Source: Dipteris shenzhenensis (taxonomy: Eukaryota). From it: a stretch of DNA of 64,000 nucleotides. Location: NCBI GenBank assembly GCA_047967505.1, contig CM106538.1; one strand, written 5' to 3'. Made by a program: the position numbers and the translations under genes. Under the pieces are notes generated by a model, which saw only the letters and a list, made by a program, of their open reading frames with translations, did not search any database and was not told the DNA's origin. Within the stretch, counting starts at the first letter, position 1. Each line of letters starts with the position of its first letter. Positions 24,244-36,700 of this stretch are shown here, piece by piece.

Positions 24244-27200
24244 TCACACCCCTTTAATGGGAATGTCCTTCCTCTGCGTCAAACCAAGAGCTAGTCAGTG
24301 TTTCTCGAATAGCTCTTTACCGAGTGGTTTGGTAAAGATGTCTGCAACATTCTCTTTGCTATCACAATGCTACAGTGTGATGTCACCAAGTAACACTCTT
24401 TCTCTGATGAAGTGCTCTTTGACATCAATGTGCTTTGTCCTGGAGTGATATATTGGATTTTTTGCCAATGCTTGAGCCGATTGATTATCACAGTATATTA
24501 TTGTTGGCTTTGACTCATCAAAGTAATCTATTTTTGACAATAGTCTTCTGAGCCATATAGCCTCACATGCACCTGTAGTAAGTGCTCTATATTCTGCTTC
24601 AGTCCAAGATAAAGAAACAGTTGGTTGTTTGTTTGAAAACCATGATATAGGACCTTGACCAAGGAAAAATGCATATCCCTGTGTCGATCTCCTGGTCTCA
24701 TGATCTCCGGCATAGTCACTGTCATAGTATCCATGCAACTGTGGATGACTTTCTCTATATTCTATCCCAAACTGTCTTGTACCTCTGATGTATCTCAAGA
24801 CTCTTTTGGCTGCATTCTAGTGAGACTGTCTTGGATTTGCCATAAACTGTGCTAGTGAGCTTACTGCATAACAAATATCTGGCCGTGTGATTGTCAGATA
24901 TATAAGAGATCCAATGAGCTGCTTGTAGTATCTGTCATTGACTGTAGGCTTTTCTGAATCTTTAGTAAGTTTCAAATTTTGTTCCATGGGAGTGGCTGCA
25001 ATCTTGCAATTTGCCATATGAAACTTCTTTAGGAGATTGTCAATATACTTGAGTTGACTCATGAATGTGCTATCTGAATCTCTTTAGAACTCAATTCCAA
25101 GACAATAGTGCATAAGTCCAAGATCTTTCATGTCGAACTCTGCAGATAAGTCTTGTTTCAGTTTTCTGATCAAGCTATCCTTGCTTCCTGTCACAATCAG
25201 ATCATCTACGTACAAAAGTGCAATAGTAATGTCTTCCCCTTGAACTTTGTAGTAGAGAGTATGATCTACATTGGACTTCATGTATCCTAGATCAGCAAAA
25301 TACTTGTCGATTCTGCTGTACCAACTTTTGGGTGCTTGTTTTAAGGCGTAAAGACTTTTATTGAGATGGCAAACCTTATTCTCCTTTCCTGGTTCAACAT
25401 AACCTGCTATTTGTTGCATGTAGACTTCCTCGTCTAGATAACCATTGAGAAATGCAGCATAAGTCTCATCATAGTCTTGACCATATTGTTGTGCAAATCC
25501 TTTTGCAACTAATCTGGCTTTGTATCTCTGAATACTGCCATTTGGATTGTACTTCACTTTGTATACCCATTTGTTTGCTATGGCCTTCTTTCCTGGTGGA
25601 AGGTCGCATAATTCCCAAGTATTATTCTTATACAAAGCATTCATTTCTTCATTCATAGCAATTTGCCATTCTGGCTTGTCTACTATGTCTTTGAAGTACA
25701 CTGCCTCTTCTGTAGCCATGATGGTAGTCATAAGAGCATAGTTAGTGGTTTCCACCTGAATTGCTTTACCTTTCTGAGCATATGTCAATCTGGCTGGAGG
25801 TCTGCTTTCCCTGGTAGACCGTCTGAGCTGTTGTGGCTCTGCTTGGGGTGTTGCTGGAAATTCTCACTCTTCTTCATCAACCTGTTCTGTAGATGACTGT
25901 GAAGTCCATGCTTCTATATCCTGTGTAGGTGAGGTTTTCCATTCTGATTCCTCATCAAAGATTACATCTCTGGAGATAATCACTTTGTGGTTGATGGGAT
26001 CATACAATTTGTATGCTTTGCTTTCTTCACTGTAGCCAACCATGATGCATTTGCATGACTTTGCATCCAATTTTCTGCGATGATCATCATGTATGTGGGC
26101 ATATGCTATGCCACCAAATATGCAGAGATGCCCAATGTGTGGCTTTTGTCCAGTGAATGCTTCATAAGGAGGCATACCCTATATCAGTTTGGTAGGAAGC
26201 CGATTAAGCAAGTAGTTTGCTGTAGGTATTGCTTCTGCCCAATACTGATTTGGAAGATGCTTTTCACTAAGCATTGCTCTAGCACTATCTGCTAAAGTCC
26301 CATTCTTCCTTTCAGCTCTTGCATTCTATTGAGGAGTATCTGCACATGTGAATTGTCTTCGAATGCCGTGATTTCTGCAAAAGTTCATGAATGCTGAAGA
26401 CATGTATTCACCCCCTCTATCTGATCTCATGACTTTGATCTTTCTGCCTGTCTCGTTTTCTACCATGGCTTTGAATTCTAGAAATCTAGAAATCACTTCA
26501 GATTTCTCTTTCAAAAAGTAGACCCAACAATATCTGCTGTAGTCGTCGATGAAAGTCAAGTAGTGAAGTGAACCATTGATGCTACGGGTTTGGGCATAAC
26601 CCCATACATCTGTATGTATCAAATCAAGAATACCTCATGCACGAGAGGTACTTTTGACAAAGTTGGTTTGCTTTTGTTTGCTGAAGCAGCATGCTTTGCA
26701 AACTTTTCCAAGAAACTGTAGCTTCGGAGACATGGCATGCTTATCTGGTACTATAGCTAGCATTCTATATAAGCATCCTTCCTTGACACCTTTTGCTACT
26801 AGCTGACATCTTTTGGATTTGTCTCTGATAGTGCATTCATCACCGTCGAAGATGACTTTGTAATTGTGTTCCGTCATTTGACCTACTGACAAAAGGTTTT
26901 GCTGAGCTTCGGAACATATAGCACATCTTTCACTAATCCTTTCATACCAGTGAAATTGTTCATAGGGATAACACATAGTCCCTTGAACTAGATTCGGTGA
27001 ATTGTTTGCTGTGTAGATGACATTTTTTTGACCTTCTAATGGTTTCATCTCTGTGAACCATTCCTGATGATTTGTCATGTGAGATGATGCACCGCTGTCG
27101 ATATACCAAGGATCCTGTTCCACTTGGTCGACTTGATACATGTAATCCTCTTTGGGATTGAAATCAGAGTTTAGGTACACTGTATTAGTCTGATGCATCC

Positions 27201-27924
27201 TTGCTTGCAAGAAACATATTTCCATGTTAATTTGCAAAATGACTGTGACTAGAATGTCCACCATGATGATTTCCTCTGCCTCGAGAATTCCCTCGATTGC
27301 TACTGGATTGACCACCTTGGTCGTACTGCTTCTTGCGGCAATCTCTTTCATAGTGTCCAAACTTGTAATAGTAGTTGCACTGAATGTTTGACACATTGGT
27401 GGATGCATTCCCTCATCCTTGGAATCTTCCTCGGTTGGAATGATTTCCTCTTTGCTGATTTTGATGTTGCTGAGGATGATGCTGATGCTGATGCTGATTC
27501 TGGCTTTGATTTTGTTGATGATGACGCTACCTCTGCCTTTTCCTTTGCCTCTACTTTTGTCTGAAGTTGTAAATGCTTGATCATTAGAATGACCTTTTCA
27601 AGCTTGAATAGCTTGAGTCCTGAGTTCTTCACCAAGTAGAACTGACTGAAGTTCTTCCCGTGTTAGAATTTGCCATTGAATGGCAATACTCTAGACTAGA
27701 TTCTCGTATCCCTCTCCTAGTCTATTGAGAATGACTGGTGTTGTGACAACAGATGGAGTAGAGCTACTTGTGGCTAGATTGTCCAATGGTCCAAGTGTAG
27801 ACCCATTGACATACTCCCATTTGTCTTGAAGTACAAGAATGTTCTCCATTCGGTATTTCCATGTACCGTAATTGGAGTTGTCTAACTTAGCAGATGCCTC
27901 TAGATTGAAGTTGCTAGTCGACAT
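24244..27924 (-). pseudogene. Disrupted, internally deleted gag-pol of Copia B2
   Basis: Same domains as B1; deletions relative to B1 in gag (near 27735), pre-integrase (near 26727) and RT (near 25457). Confidence 0.93.
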
Positions 27925-28679
27925 GGTGCAAGAAATGTACTCAAAAGTGTCATGAAAAGCTTTGTATGAATCAACTGCAAATACACTGACTATGCCAAGT
28001 GAAATCTCTAGACTATGCAATATATAAAATCTAATCTATATTACAAGGCTTGTGGAAATGATGCTGGGAATAGCCAAGAGGATGTACAAGGCTAAAATGA
28101 TGTGCATGATGCCATGAGATAGCCGAATAGGCTTTACAATGGTGGCATGTGTGTGTGAAATCAAGTGCTATCTGCCCACTGAAACAATCTGCAATGCCTT
28201 TCAACTCTGAAGTCTACTCACTGAACTGATGAATGTAAGGTTTCAGGTCATGTAATGATGTGAAATCGTATGTGAGCATATGGACTGGGTACTAGTCGAG
28301 AATTTTAGTCATGGCTTAGATTGGTAACTTAGGGAAATTCAAAGCGTCCCCTCTATGGCGATCTAGTCTACTCTGATCTAGATCTATACCAACCGTCGAT
28401 CGATGAAAGAATAGCAAATAATTCCTTTTCTTTTGTTCTTTTTAAGTGCTAGGTCAGATGCGTCGATGTAAAGGCAAATGTGCATGAAGGAAGTGGTTTT
28501 GTCGATGAGGCTCAAATGTGAGTGTAACTTGTGCCGAAATGTGTGCGTGATGTAACAAGCGCGTAGAGCACGAAAAAATGATCGACATCCTTTTTGGAGC
28601 ACCCTCAAATTCTTCCTGGATCAAGAGATACAACTTGATCTATGTGGAGGGGCAAAAGGAGTGCAAATGTGCTCAATGA

Positions 28680-29235
28680 TGATCTGTCACTATGAGTCAC
28701 ATGTAGTGATGATGTGGCACTGTGCCTAGCAAGATGTGTGCTAGTGAAGCCCTATGCTGAGGTGGCAGGAGTGGTCACATGAAGTGACTATGGACCACTG
28801 TGTGTGCCTGCAGAGGTCAGTGCTGTCTGGACAGCTGAGGTGGCACAGATGATGATGTCAGCAGATGACATGGCAATGATGATGTGGCACCGTGATGTGG
28901 CCAGATGATGTGGCTTACTGATGTGGCAGTGATGATGTGTCCTTGATGACGTGGCAAGTGACGTGGTAGCTGAGCTGGTAGGGGTGATGTGGCAACCTCA
29001 CGGGGCTACTGACGTGTTAGATAAGGTGATGTGGCAAGTGTATGAGACTGCTGATGTGGCAAGCACGACTGACGTGGCAGATAAGGAGATAAGGGTGCCA
29101 TGTGGAGACCTATTGATCACACCTTGGCTAACCTAGACTGGGTTAGATAAACTAAGGTTAAACCTCACCTAGGATTGGCTTGACCAACCCTACCACTGTG
29201 GTTACAGTTTGTGGATTGGATAGGGTGAGGTGGGG
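28680..29235. promoter_or_regulatory. Array of TGACGTGGC-derived motifs in the B2 leader
   Basis: Several intact TGACGTGG(C) copies (about 28947, 28959, 29070) and GCCACGTG, among many GATGTGGC/GACATGGC variants. Confidence 0.55.
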
Positions 29236-29538
29236 TGCCACGTGCCTCATCGTGGGCAGCCAGAATCTTGTCAAGATTTTGAAAAAATCTTAGAGATTTC
29301 ATCTCCTTCTTCATTGGAGCTTGTTGGATGGAGGAAACAGCCTGTGGATGAGCCTGCAAGAGGGTCATTGCTAGAGGCGTAGGTCGGGCAGTAGCTCCTT
29401 AGAGGTTGTAGAAGCACTTGGTTGCAGCCACGTAGGAGAGCCTCCCGCCGAGGGAGTCCATGAGTATGGAGGCGCTAGATGGCCCTTGATGAAGCGAACA
29501 AAGGTGTGGATGCCTCAGGTTGCTACAAGACGACAAGG

Positions 29539-29885
29539 AATCCGTGGAGCCTGTGCACCGTGATGCAGGTCGAGGAGGTAAGATTGCTCCCTATTTGGGT
29601 GTGCACTTTCTTCTTCTACACTGTGTATGTGCAAGGAGGGACATTCTTCATTGAGGAAGGGCTGTTGGCCGAGGTGGTGCTAGCTCCTCCGATCTACGAT
29701 TGCCTTTTGGTGCCGATTCTGAAGAAGTGTACAGTTCTTGGGAGCGATAGGATAGATGGAGTTCTTCTATGGAGAGGCACCAGAGACACTGCGAAGCTTA
29801 GGGAGCTCCTTCTACGGAACAACAATATTTGGGCAATTATCTGATTTCGGTGCTGGTGATGGTGGTGACGAGCATCATAAGTGGC
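29539..29885 (+). pseudogene. NPF: Captured, internally deleted fragment of an NRT1/PTR (NPF) transporter gene, antisense to B2
   Basis: Collinear NPF motifs: NPWSLCTVMQVEEV / RLLPIWVCTFFFYTVYVQGGTFFIEEG / PIYDCLLVPILKKCT, then in shifted frames IG*MEFFYGEAPETLRSLGSSFY / LGNYLISVLVMVVTSI. Confidence 0.92.
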
Positions 29886-32800
29886 TATGGTGGAAGCAAT
29901 TCATTAGCGGTGGCTAGGAGTTGTAAGAGCTACTGGAGCCATTGTGAGTCATAGCCGTGGCTGTCAAGCAGCTCGTTGTGTAGATCTAGGCTTGCTGGAG
30001 AGCTTTGTTGCAGCTGCCTTAAGCATTGTGCTTAGACCTTAGGAGGCATTGCTGTTGTGGAGTAGAGGCTAGACTAGTAGAGTCTGTAGGTCACTGTAGA
30101 AGTTGAGGCTGCTACCACTCTTCGAAGCATGCTGCTAGATGGGTTGTTGGAGTAGATTTGTTGAGGAAAAACCGGCCAGAACCTCTCTCTCTCAGTCATC
30201 AAGGATAAGAACATCTCTATCCCAAAGAACTCTCTTATAGAAACAATGAATCTCTCAAGAAGAATTCTCCCTATCTTTCTCTCTCTCTCACCCGGAGTAG
30301 AACTATGAACGGAATGAATCTCTCTCAAAGAACTCTAAAAGGAGATGATGGAAATCTTCTTTCAATGGACGGAATTTTCTCTCAACAAAAGAGAATGGAA
30401 CACTCAATCTCTATCGATCTCTCAATCTCTCAATTACTCTCACATGAAGGATGGCAATGCCTCAACAGAAGGCAAGGGAGCTCTGATACCATGACAAAAT
30501 ATGAAGAGGGGAGAGGAGAAGAGTGGAGATGAGGAGACAAGGCACAGCTAGAGAGCACACCACAAATGACTAACTATACACAAGATTTAATTGAAAAAAT
30601 AGAATATATACAAACCCATTTAGGGTTAGGGCTAGGGGATCTAAGCCTTTCCTTTATAGCACTCTATAAGGTTAGTGCTATGCACATATGATCACGTGAT
30701 GGTGCAATGCACACATGTTCACATGATGTTGAGTGTCAACTCTCAACAAGGGGGAGATGAAATTTTAATATTTTCCCCTTACATATTTGAAAATTTTAAA
30801 GGAAATCCATGCATATTATATATGGATCTTGTCCCCCCATACCCTAGATTTTGGACTAGGGTAGTAACATATTACATATTGAGTTGGCACCCCAGGAGGG
30901 GATGGAAGAGGTGTGGAGGAAAGAGGAAGGGGGGTATGGGAGAATTGAGGAAAAGGTTTGTACCTTGAGTGGTGGAGGTGGTGGTGATGGAAGGGGAGGT
31001 TGTGGCGAAGGAGGAAAAAAGGAGTGGTGGTGGAGGGGATGGAAAAGGTGGGTGGAAGGTGAAGGATAGACGGGAAGAGCTTGACAAAAAAAGTGGGGGG
31101 GGGGGGAGATAGACGAAAAAAGTGGTGGTAGAGACGATGGAAAAGGCTAACAGAAGGTGTAGGATGGAAAAGGATAATGGTAGGTGTAGGATGAAGGGGA
31201 GGAGCTTGATGGAAAAAGTAGTGGTGGTTGTTGTGGGGGGGGCAGATGGACGAAAAAAGTGGTGGTGGAGGGGATGGAAAAGGTGGACAAAAAGTGGAGG
31301 ATGGAGGAGAGGAGCTTGGCAGAAAATTTGGTAGTGGTAGGGAGGAGCTTTGATGGAAAAAGTGGTGGTAGTGGGGGTGGAATTGGTGGATGAATGGTGG
31401 TTAAGAGAAAATGGAGGTGGATGGAAAATTTGGAGGTTTGGCAATACTTGGAGATGGAGGAGAGATGGTAGTGGCTTGCAAAAGTGAGGGGAGACAAATG
31501 AGGGGCAGGGGGGCTTGTTTGGTGGTGTTTTTATAGGATGTGAGGGGTTTTTTTCTCTCGATCTCCTTCCATTCTTTCAATTGAAAAATAGTATCTATCC
31601 CACAAGTCCCCTCTGAAAGATCATAGTGGTAGGGAGAGAAGGAATCTAACACTAGGAATGGAAAGGAAAGATAACAAGCATAATGGAAATGAAATGGAAA
31701 GAAAATGAAAGCAATGGACAAGTACGCACATGAGATGAAAGAGCTTGATGTTGACTGATATTTTAGACAATAGACAAGTACAACATTATATAGTGTGCCA
31801 CTAAACTCTAGAAAGTCACAATGTCTATGGGATATCTCCCAATATGACACGTGGCATGTCTAGGAGTCACTAGACTATAAAATCACACCTAGACCACCTA
31901 GAACACTCATTTTAGATTCACTTTGGCTTCATATTCCAACACCCCCCCATGAAGGCAAGGTGAAAGACTACTGGAATGGAACCAAGAATAGAACATGACA
32001 ATGACAGTCATCAAACTGTGCACCCAATGAAACACAGAGGCTAAAGTCTAAGCATGTTCCAAGCACTCTCATGGCTTGAGGCTCAACATGCTCAGAGGCT
32101 CATGTTATAGCATGGCTACATGACCAGCTCATTGGTCTAGAAATACACCAACATCTTGAAACTCGGCTAGGCCTGATAACGAGACCTATCAAAGCCAATA
32201 CATATGGCTCCCATAGTACATCCCCCCTTGGCTTCATAACAGGACATGTTAGGAAGCCACACACCAAAAATAGGAAAACCAATACATCTTTTTAGGAGGA
32301 CTATCCAAGGCAGAGGACCTTTAGACTTAATGAAAACCAAACACTCAATACATATCATTTTAGGGGGACTACCCAGGGTGGAGAACCCCAAAATACATCA
32401 AGCTATAGGAATAATAAAAATAGATCTCTTAGGAGTAACAGATGTTCTCCAAGTAGCCACTGCACATGTGTGCACATCCATGTGAGACGATGATGATGTC
32501 GAAGAAGCACTAGGTAGGAACGCCCCAAAAGAGATGTGTTGGTGAAGTCCATGGGGTACCTAGATGGAGCACTCACATAGTCTTGGGAATCAAGCTCTTG
32601 GTTATTGTTCTTGTTGTGTGAGTAGGTGAATAAGGTGAGTCACACTGACTCAACCATTGTTAGTTCTTATCTACTATGTATGGTTGTGACCTTAGTAGTG
32701 CTTAATTGTATTGTGTGGGGTGAATATGAGCTGATTGTGGAGGAGGCTGTTGCGCCCTCCTCGTTGCTTCCTATATCTCTCTTCTTGTTTTTTCTTAATA

Positions 32801-33708
32801 TGGTATCATAGCTACTGTTCCTTGCCTTCTGGTTGCCCAATTGCTTGTGGAAGCTTGCGGGAGTGCTTCTTCTACTCTAAAGCTTCGAAGTGATGAGAAG
32901 AGATCTCGTTTTTTGGACTGAAGTAGCAATTTCCAACTTCTGTTTGGCTTGGGAGCTATCCAATTGATGTCTTCTTGCTAAGGCGAGATCACTATTACCC
33001 ATAGGTTGCTCGTGGGAGATGTATTTTGACAAAACAAAACTCGTTTTTATTGTTTGGGTGTGATAGAACAGAGCTGATCTCTTTTTTAGGACAACTACTA
33101 CTTGGTTTGAGCCAAGCAAGAGGTATACATAGCAGTAAGAAGCAAAAACGCCTCTCCAAACCTCATCGCCTAGCTCTCTGGAGGTTGTTTGTGAAATGTC
33201 TCTCCAAAGCTCATTGCCCAGCTCTCTGGAGGTTGTTTGTGGCTGAAAAAAACTCTCCTACATCTCCTATCAAGTAAGGAGAACCTTCAGCTTGAAGATC
33301 TCGTTTTTTCTCCTAGACAGCTTTTGGAGACTTCAAAAGTGATATATGACTTGCTTTCTTCCTTTTCCAGCACCAGCACCCCAAAGGTTTGCTACATCCT
33401 CATACATCATTTTTTGTGGAGTCTTAGTCTCTCTATAAGCTACGAGGACTCTCGTGTTCCTCCAAACACAAAAAGTGCTACTACTGTTTTTTTGTTCAAA
33501 AGTGATCAAATTGTCACTTTTCGGACTGTTTATTTCTCAAATTGTGTGGATTTGGATGCTAGTTTGAACTGACAAGTTGGAGGCAAGTATACAAGCTCCG
33601 ACTTTGCTTTTGGAACAAGTTCATTTGGATTTACTGTCAAAAGTTATGAGCTTGGGAAAATAAAAAAAAGTCACAGTTTACAACTTCTGTCAAATTGTCA
33701 GATGTAGT

Positions 33709-36700
33709 TGAAACCAAAAGGGTATTTCTTTTCACACAAAGTCACCACTTAATCGATTGGAGAAGAACACAATCACATCATGAAAGCAACAACAAACTGG
33801 GTACAATCTCCCCCCCTAGATGAGTTGCTCATGCTTCCTCATCTAGAGTATTTATGATATTTCATAAAAGCACCAAGGAGCCAAAATTATCCCTCTCATC
33901 CAAAAATGAGGGATTTGCTTTACATAGCCATCTTAGGGCCCAAAATGAATTATGTCCACTACAAAATATATTGCTCAAACTTGCAATAATAAAACAAATA
34001 CAAAATTTGGCCCATGGCCATATATAATGCACTGTGCGACACCTCGATCGGTACCCTCGCACTAACTCCAATCCTCATTATGAGTTCCATCACCTGTACT
34101 CAAGCTGCCAATTACATTAGTTATTAACAATCGATTGAACGAATTACCGAATCAACCAATCCCAACATAACTGTGCTCAAAGCATAATAATCAAGCACAA
34201 CACCAATAACACTAGCGACATCAGTATTAACATGGAATCACCCACAATACCGACCATCTAGCATGGCAAAATACAAGCTAGTCAGGCGTCCCCAACTAAC
34301 CACACAAAGTATCCACTAACCCTCGCCGCGTCCGGTGCACTCCTATGGAGCACTTTGCCATAGTCATACTTGACTAAAGTAATAATATCCAAAGCAAGAT
34401 ATATCATAAAATATAATTTCCGTAACATCCCTCTTGCTTGGATTGCAACTAACCTCAGTTGCGTGTTTGATTATAGGAACTAATGAGGTTTGGGAAAGCT
34501 CGAGAAAACCGCTTAGGCATCCATTGAGCATCATCTCTTGGATGATTCTTAAATTTGAGCAAGTATTTTTTAATATAGACATTTCCTTTTTGGGTCGAGG
34601 TCCGGCTGTTGATGATCAATAATGCAGTCAGGTTCTAGAATTTCTTCTTCATCAACAATCAATGGAGCCTCTTCATAGACAGGATGAATAGGTAAAGTTC
34701 CTCTGAAGGGCTTTAAAAGGCTGATACGGAAAGCATTATGTATTTTCCAATTATCAGGTAATTCAAGCCTATAAGCTAGATCATTGATTTTTTGAATCAC
34801 CTTGAATGGTCCATAAAGATGTGGGGACATCTTGATTACTGGCCATTTCTCAACACTCTTCAATCTTCTTTTCTCAATCTGAAGAAGTACATAATCACCT
34901 TCTTTAAAAAGCATGTGTTTCCGTTTCTTATTAGCTTGTTTTGTGAACTTCTCTTGAGCGATTACAATGGCTTCTCAAACCTCTTTGAGAATATTTTGAT
35001 AGTCATGGGTAAATGCATCTGCTGCCTCTACTCTATGGGTCAATCATGTGATAGGAATAGGTAAAACCTTCCCATGGATAATCTCAAAGGGTGCTCTTCC
35101 AGTTGCAAAATGAGGAGTATTATTATAAGCAAACTATAAGAGATGAATGTATTTGTCCCAAGTCTTTGGTTGACTTCCCGCATAAGCTCTTATCATATCC
35201 AAAATAGTATTGTTTGTAACCTTAGTTTGTCCATTCGATTCTGGATGAAAGGCTGATGAGAAATCTAACTTAATGCCTAAATTATGAAATAATGCAGTCT
35301 AGAAATTACTACACAACTTCGAATCTTGATCAAACACTATAATCTTTGGCAAGCCATGATGAACAAAGATATGCTTAATGAATAAATGTGCAGCTTCCTG
35401 AGCTGTTAAAGTCTTCTTGCATGGGATGAAATAAGCTTGCTTACTAAAGCGATCTACTATCGTCCAGATCATATCATTTTGATTTGCTGTAGTAGAAAAA
35501 CCACCAGTTATGAAATCCATAGAATCTATTTGTTCCCAAGATTGTGTAGGAATAGGCAAAGGCATTAGCAATCCTGGGGTCTTTCATTTGTAACTCTTGA
35601 TCTTCTGGCAAGTGATGCATTCGGCTACAAAATTAGCCACATCTTTTCTTATAGTAGGCCAATGAAATTCTCTTGCTATCATTGTAAAGTGGCAGTCACT
35701 CCCCTATGTCCCATATATGGTGGTTGGTGCATTTCCTCCATTACAATTTGTCTAGAGGGTCGAGTGATGCATAATTTCTTTTGATAAAAGAGGTATCCAT
35801 CATTGCATGAAAAGTCCAACATAGGATTCCAATTGTTATTCTCTAATTTGTTCCATATATCAGAAAAGTTTGGATCCCCTTGATAAGAAATCTTCATACC
35901 TTCAAAAGGGTGGGTCTCTATAGCAGTGATGTGATTAATACTTGGCTTTCTGCTAAGAGCATCAGCAACTACATTCCCTTTTCTAGGTTGATACTAAATC
36001 ATGGGCTGAAAACTCTGTATAGATAATGCCCACTTGATATGCCTATCGGATATAAGTGGCTGAGTCAACAAATGCTTGATACTTTGCTAATCGGTTTTGA
36101 TAAGAAACTCAGATCCCATCAAATAATGTTTCCACATTCATAAGGCATGCACAATAGTGGTTAGTTCTTTATCATATGTGCTATAATTGCATTCCGTTGG
36201 TTTTTAATTTTCGTCTCTCATATGCTATTGGATGTCCATCTTGCATGAGTACGGCTCTAATTCCATATCCACTAGCATTGGTTACAACTACAAAGAATGG
36301 TCTAGAGAAATTGGGTAGTTGCAACACAAGAGCTTGTGTGAGAGCTTCTTTCAAAGCTGTAAAAGATTTATCTTGACGCTCAGTCCATAAGAAATGCTTA
36401 GCTTTTCTAAGAAGGTCTGTCAATGGATGTGCAATGTATGCGAAATTTCTGACGAACTTTCTATAAAAGCTACACAATCCCAAGAATGATCTTAATTCAT
36501 GTATATCTTAGGGCTTAGGCCATGTGACTATGCACTCAATCTTCTTTGGATCTACTCGAATGCCATCGGCAGATACAATGTGACCCAAATACTCTATCTG
36601 ATTTTGAAAGAAACTGTTCTTTTCACGATTTATGTATAATTGATTTTCTTTCAAGAGTGAAAAGACTAGCTTCAGATGTTCCTTATGCTCCTCAACATCT

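Larger units (their letters stand above)
23902..30748 (-). mobile_element. Ty1/Copia LTR retrotransposon, family B copy 2, carrying an NPF fragment
   Basis: 257-bp LTRs at 23902-24158 and 30492-30748 (about 13 mismatches by eye). TSD GGGGG/AGGGG (4/5). PBS GCTCTGATACCA at 30480-30491. Internal region collinear with B1 apart from deletions and the leader slot. Confidence 0.95.

Noticed and set aside
29479-29844. 121-aa ORF as a functional transporter gene
   Set aside because: Only stitched fragments of a ~600-aa NPF protein, with frameshifts and a stop
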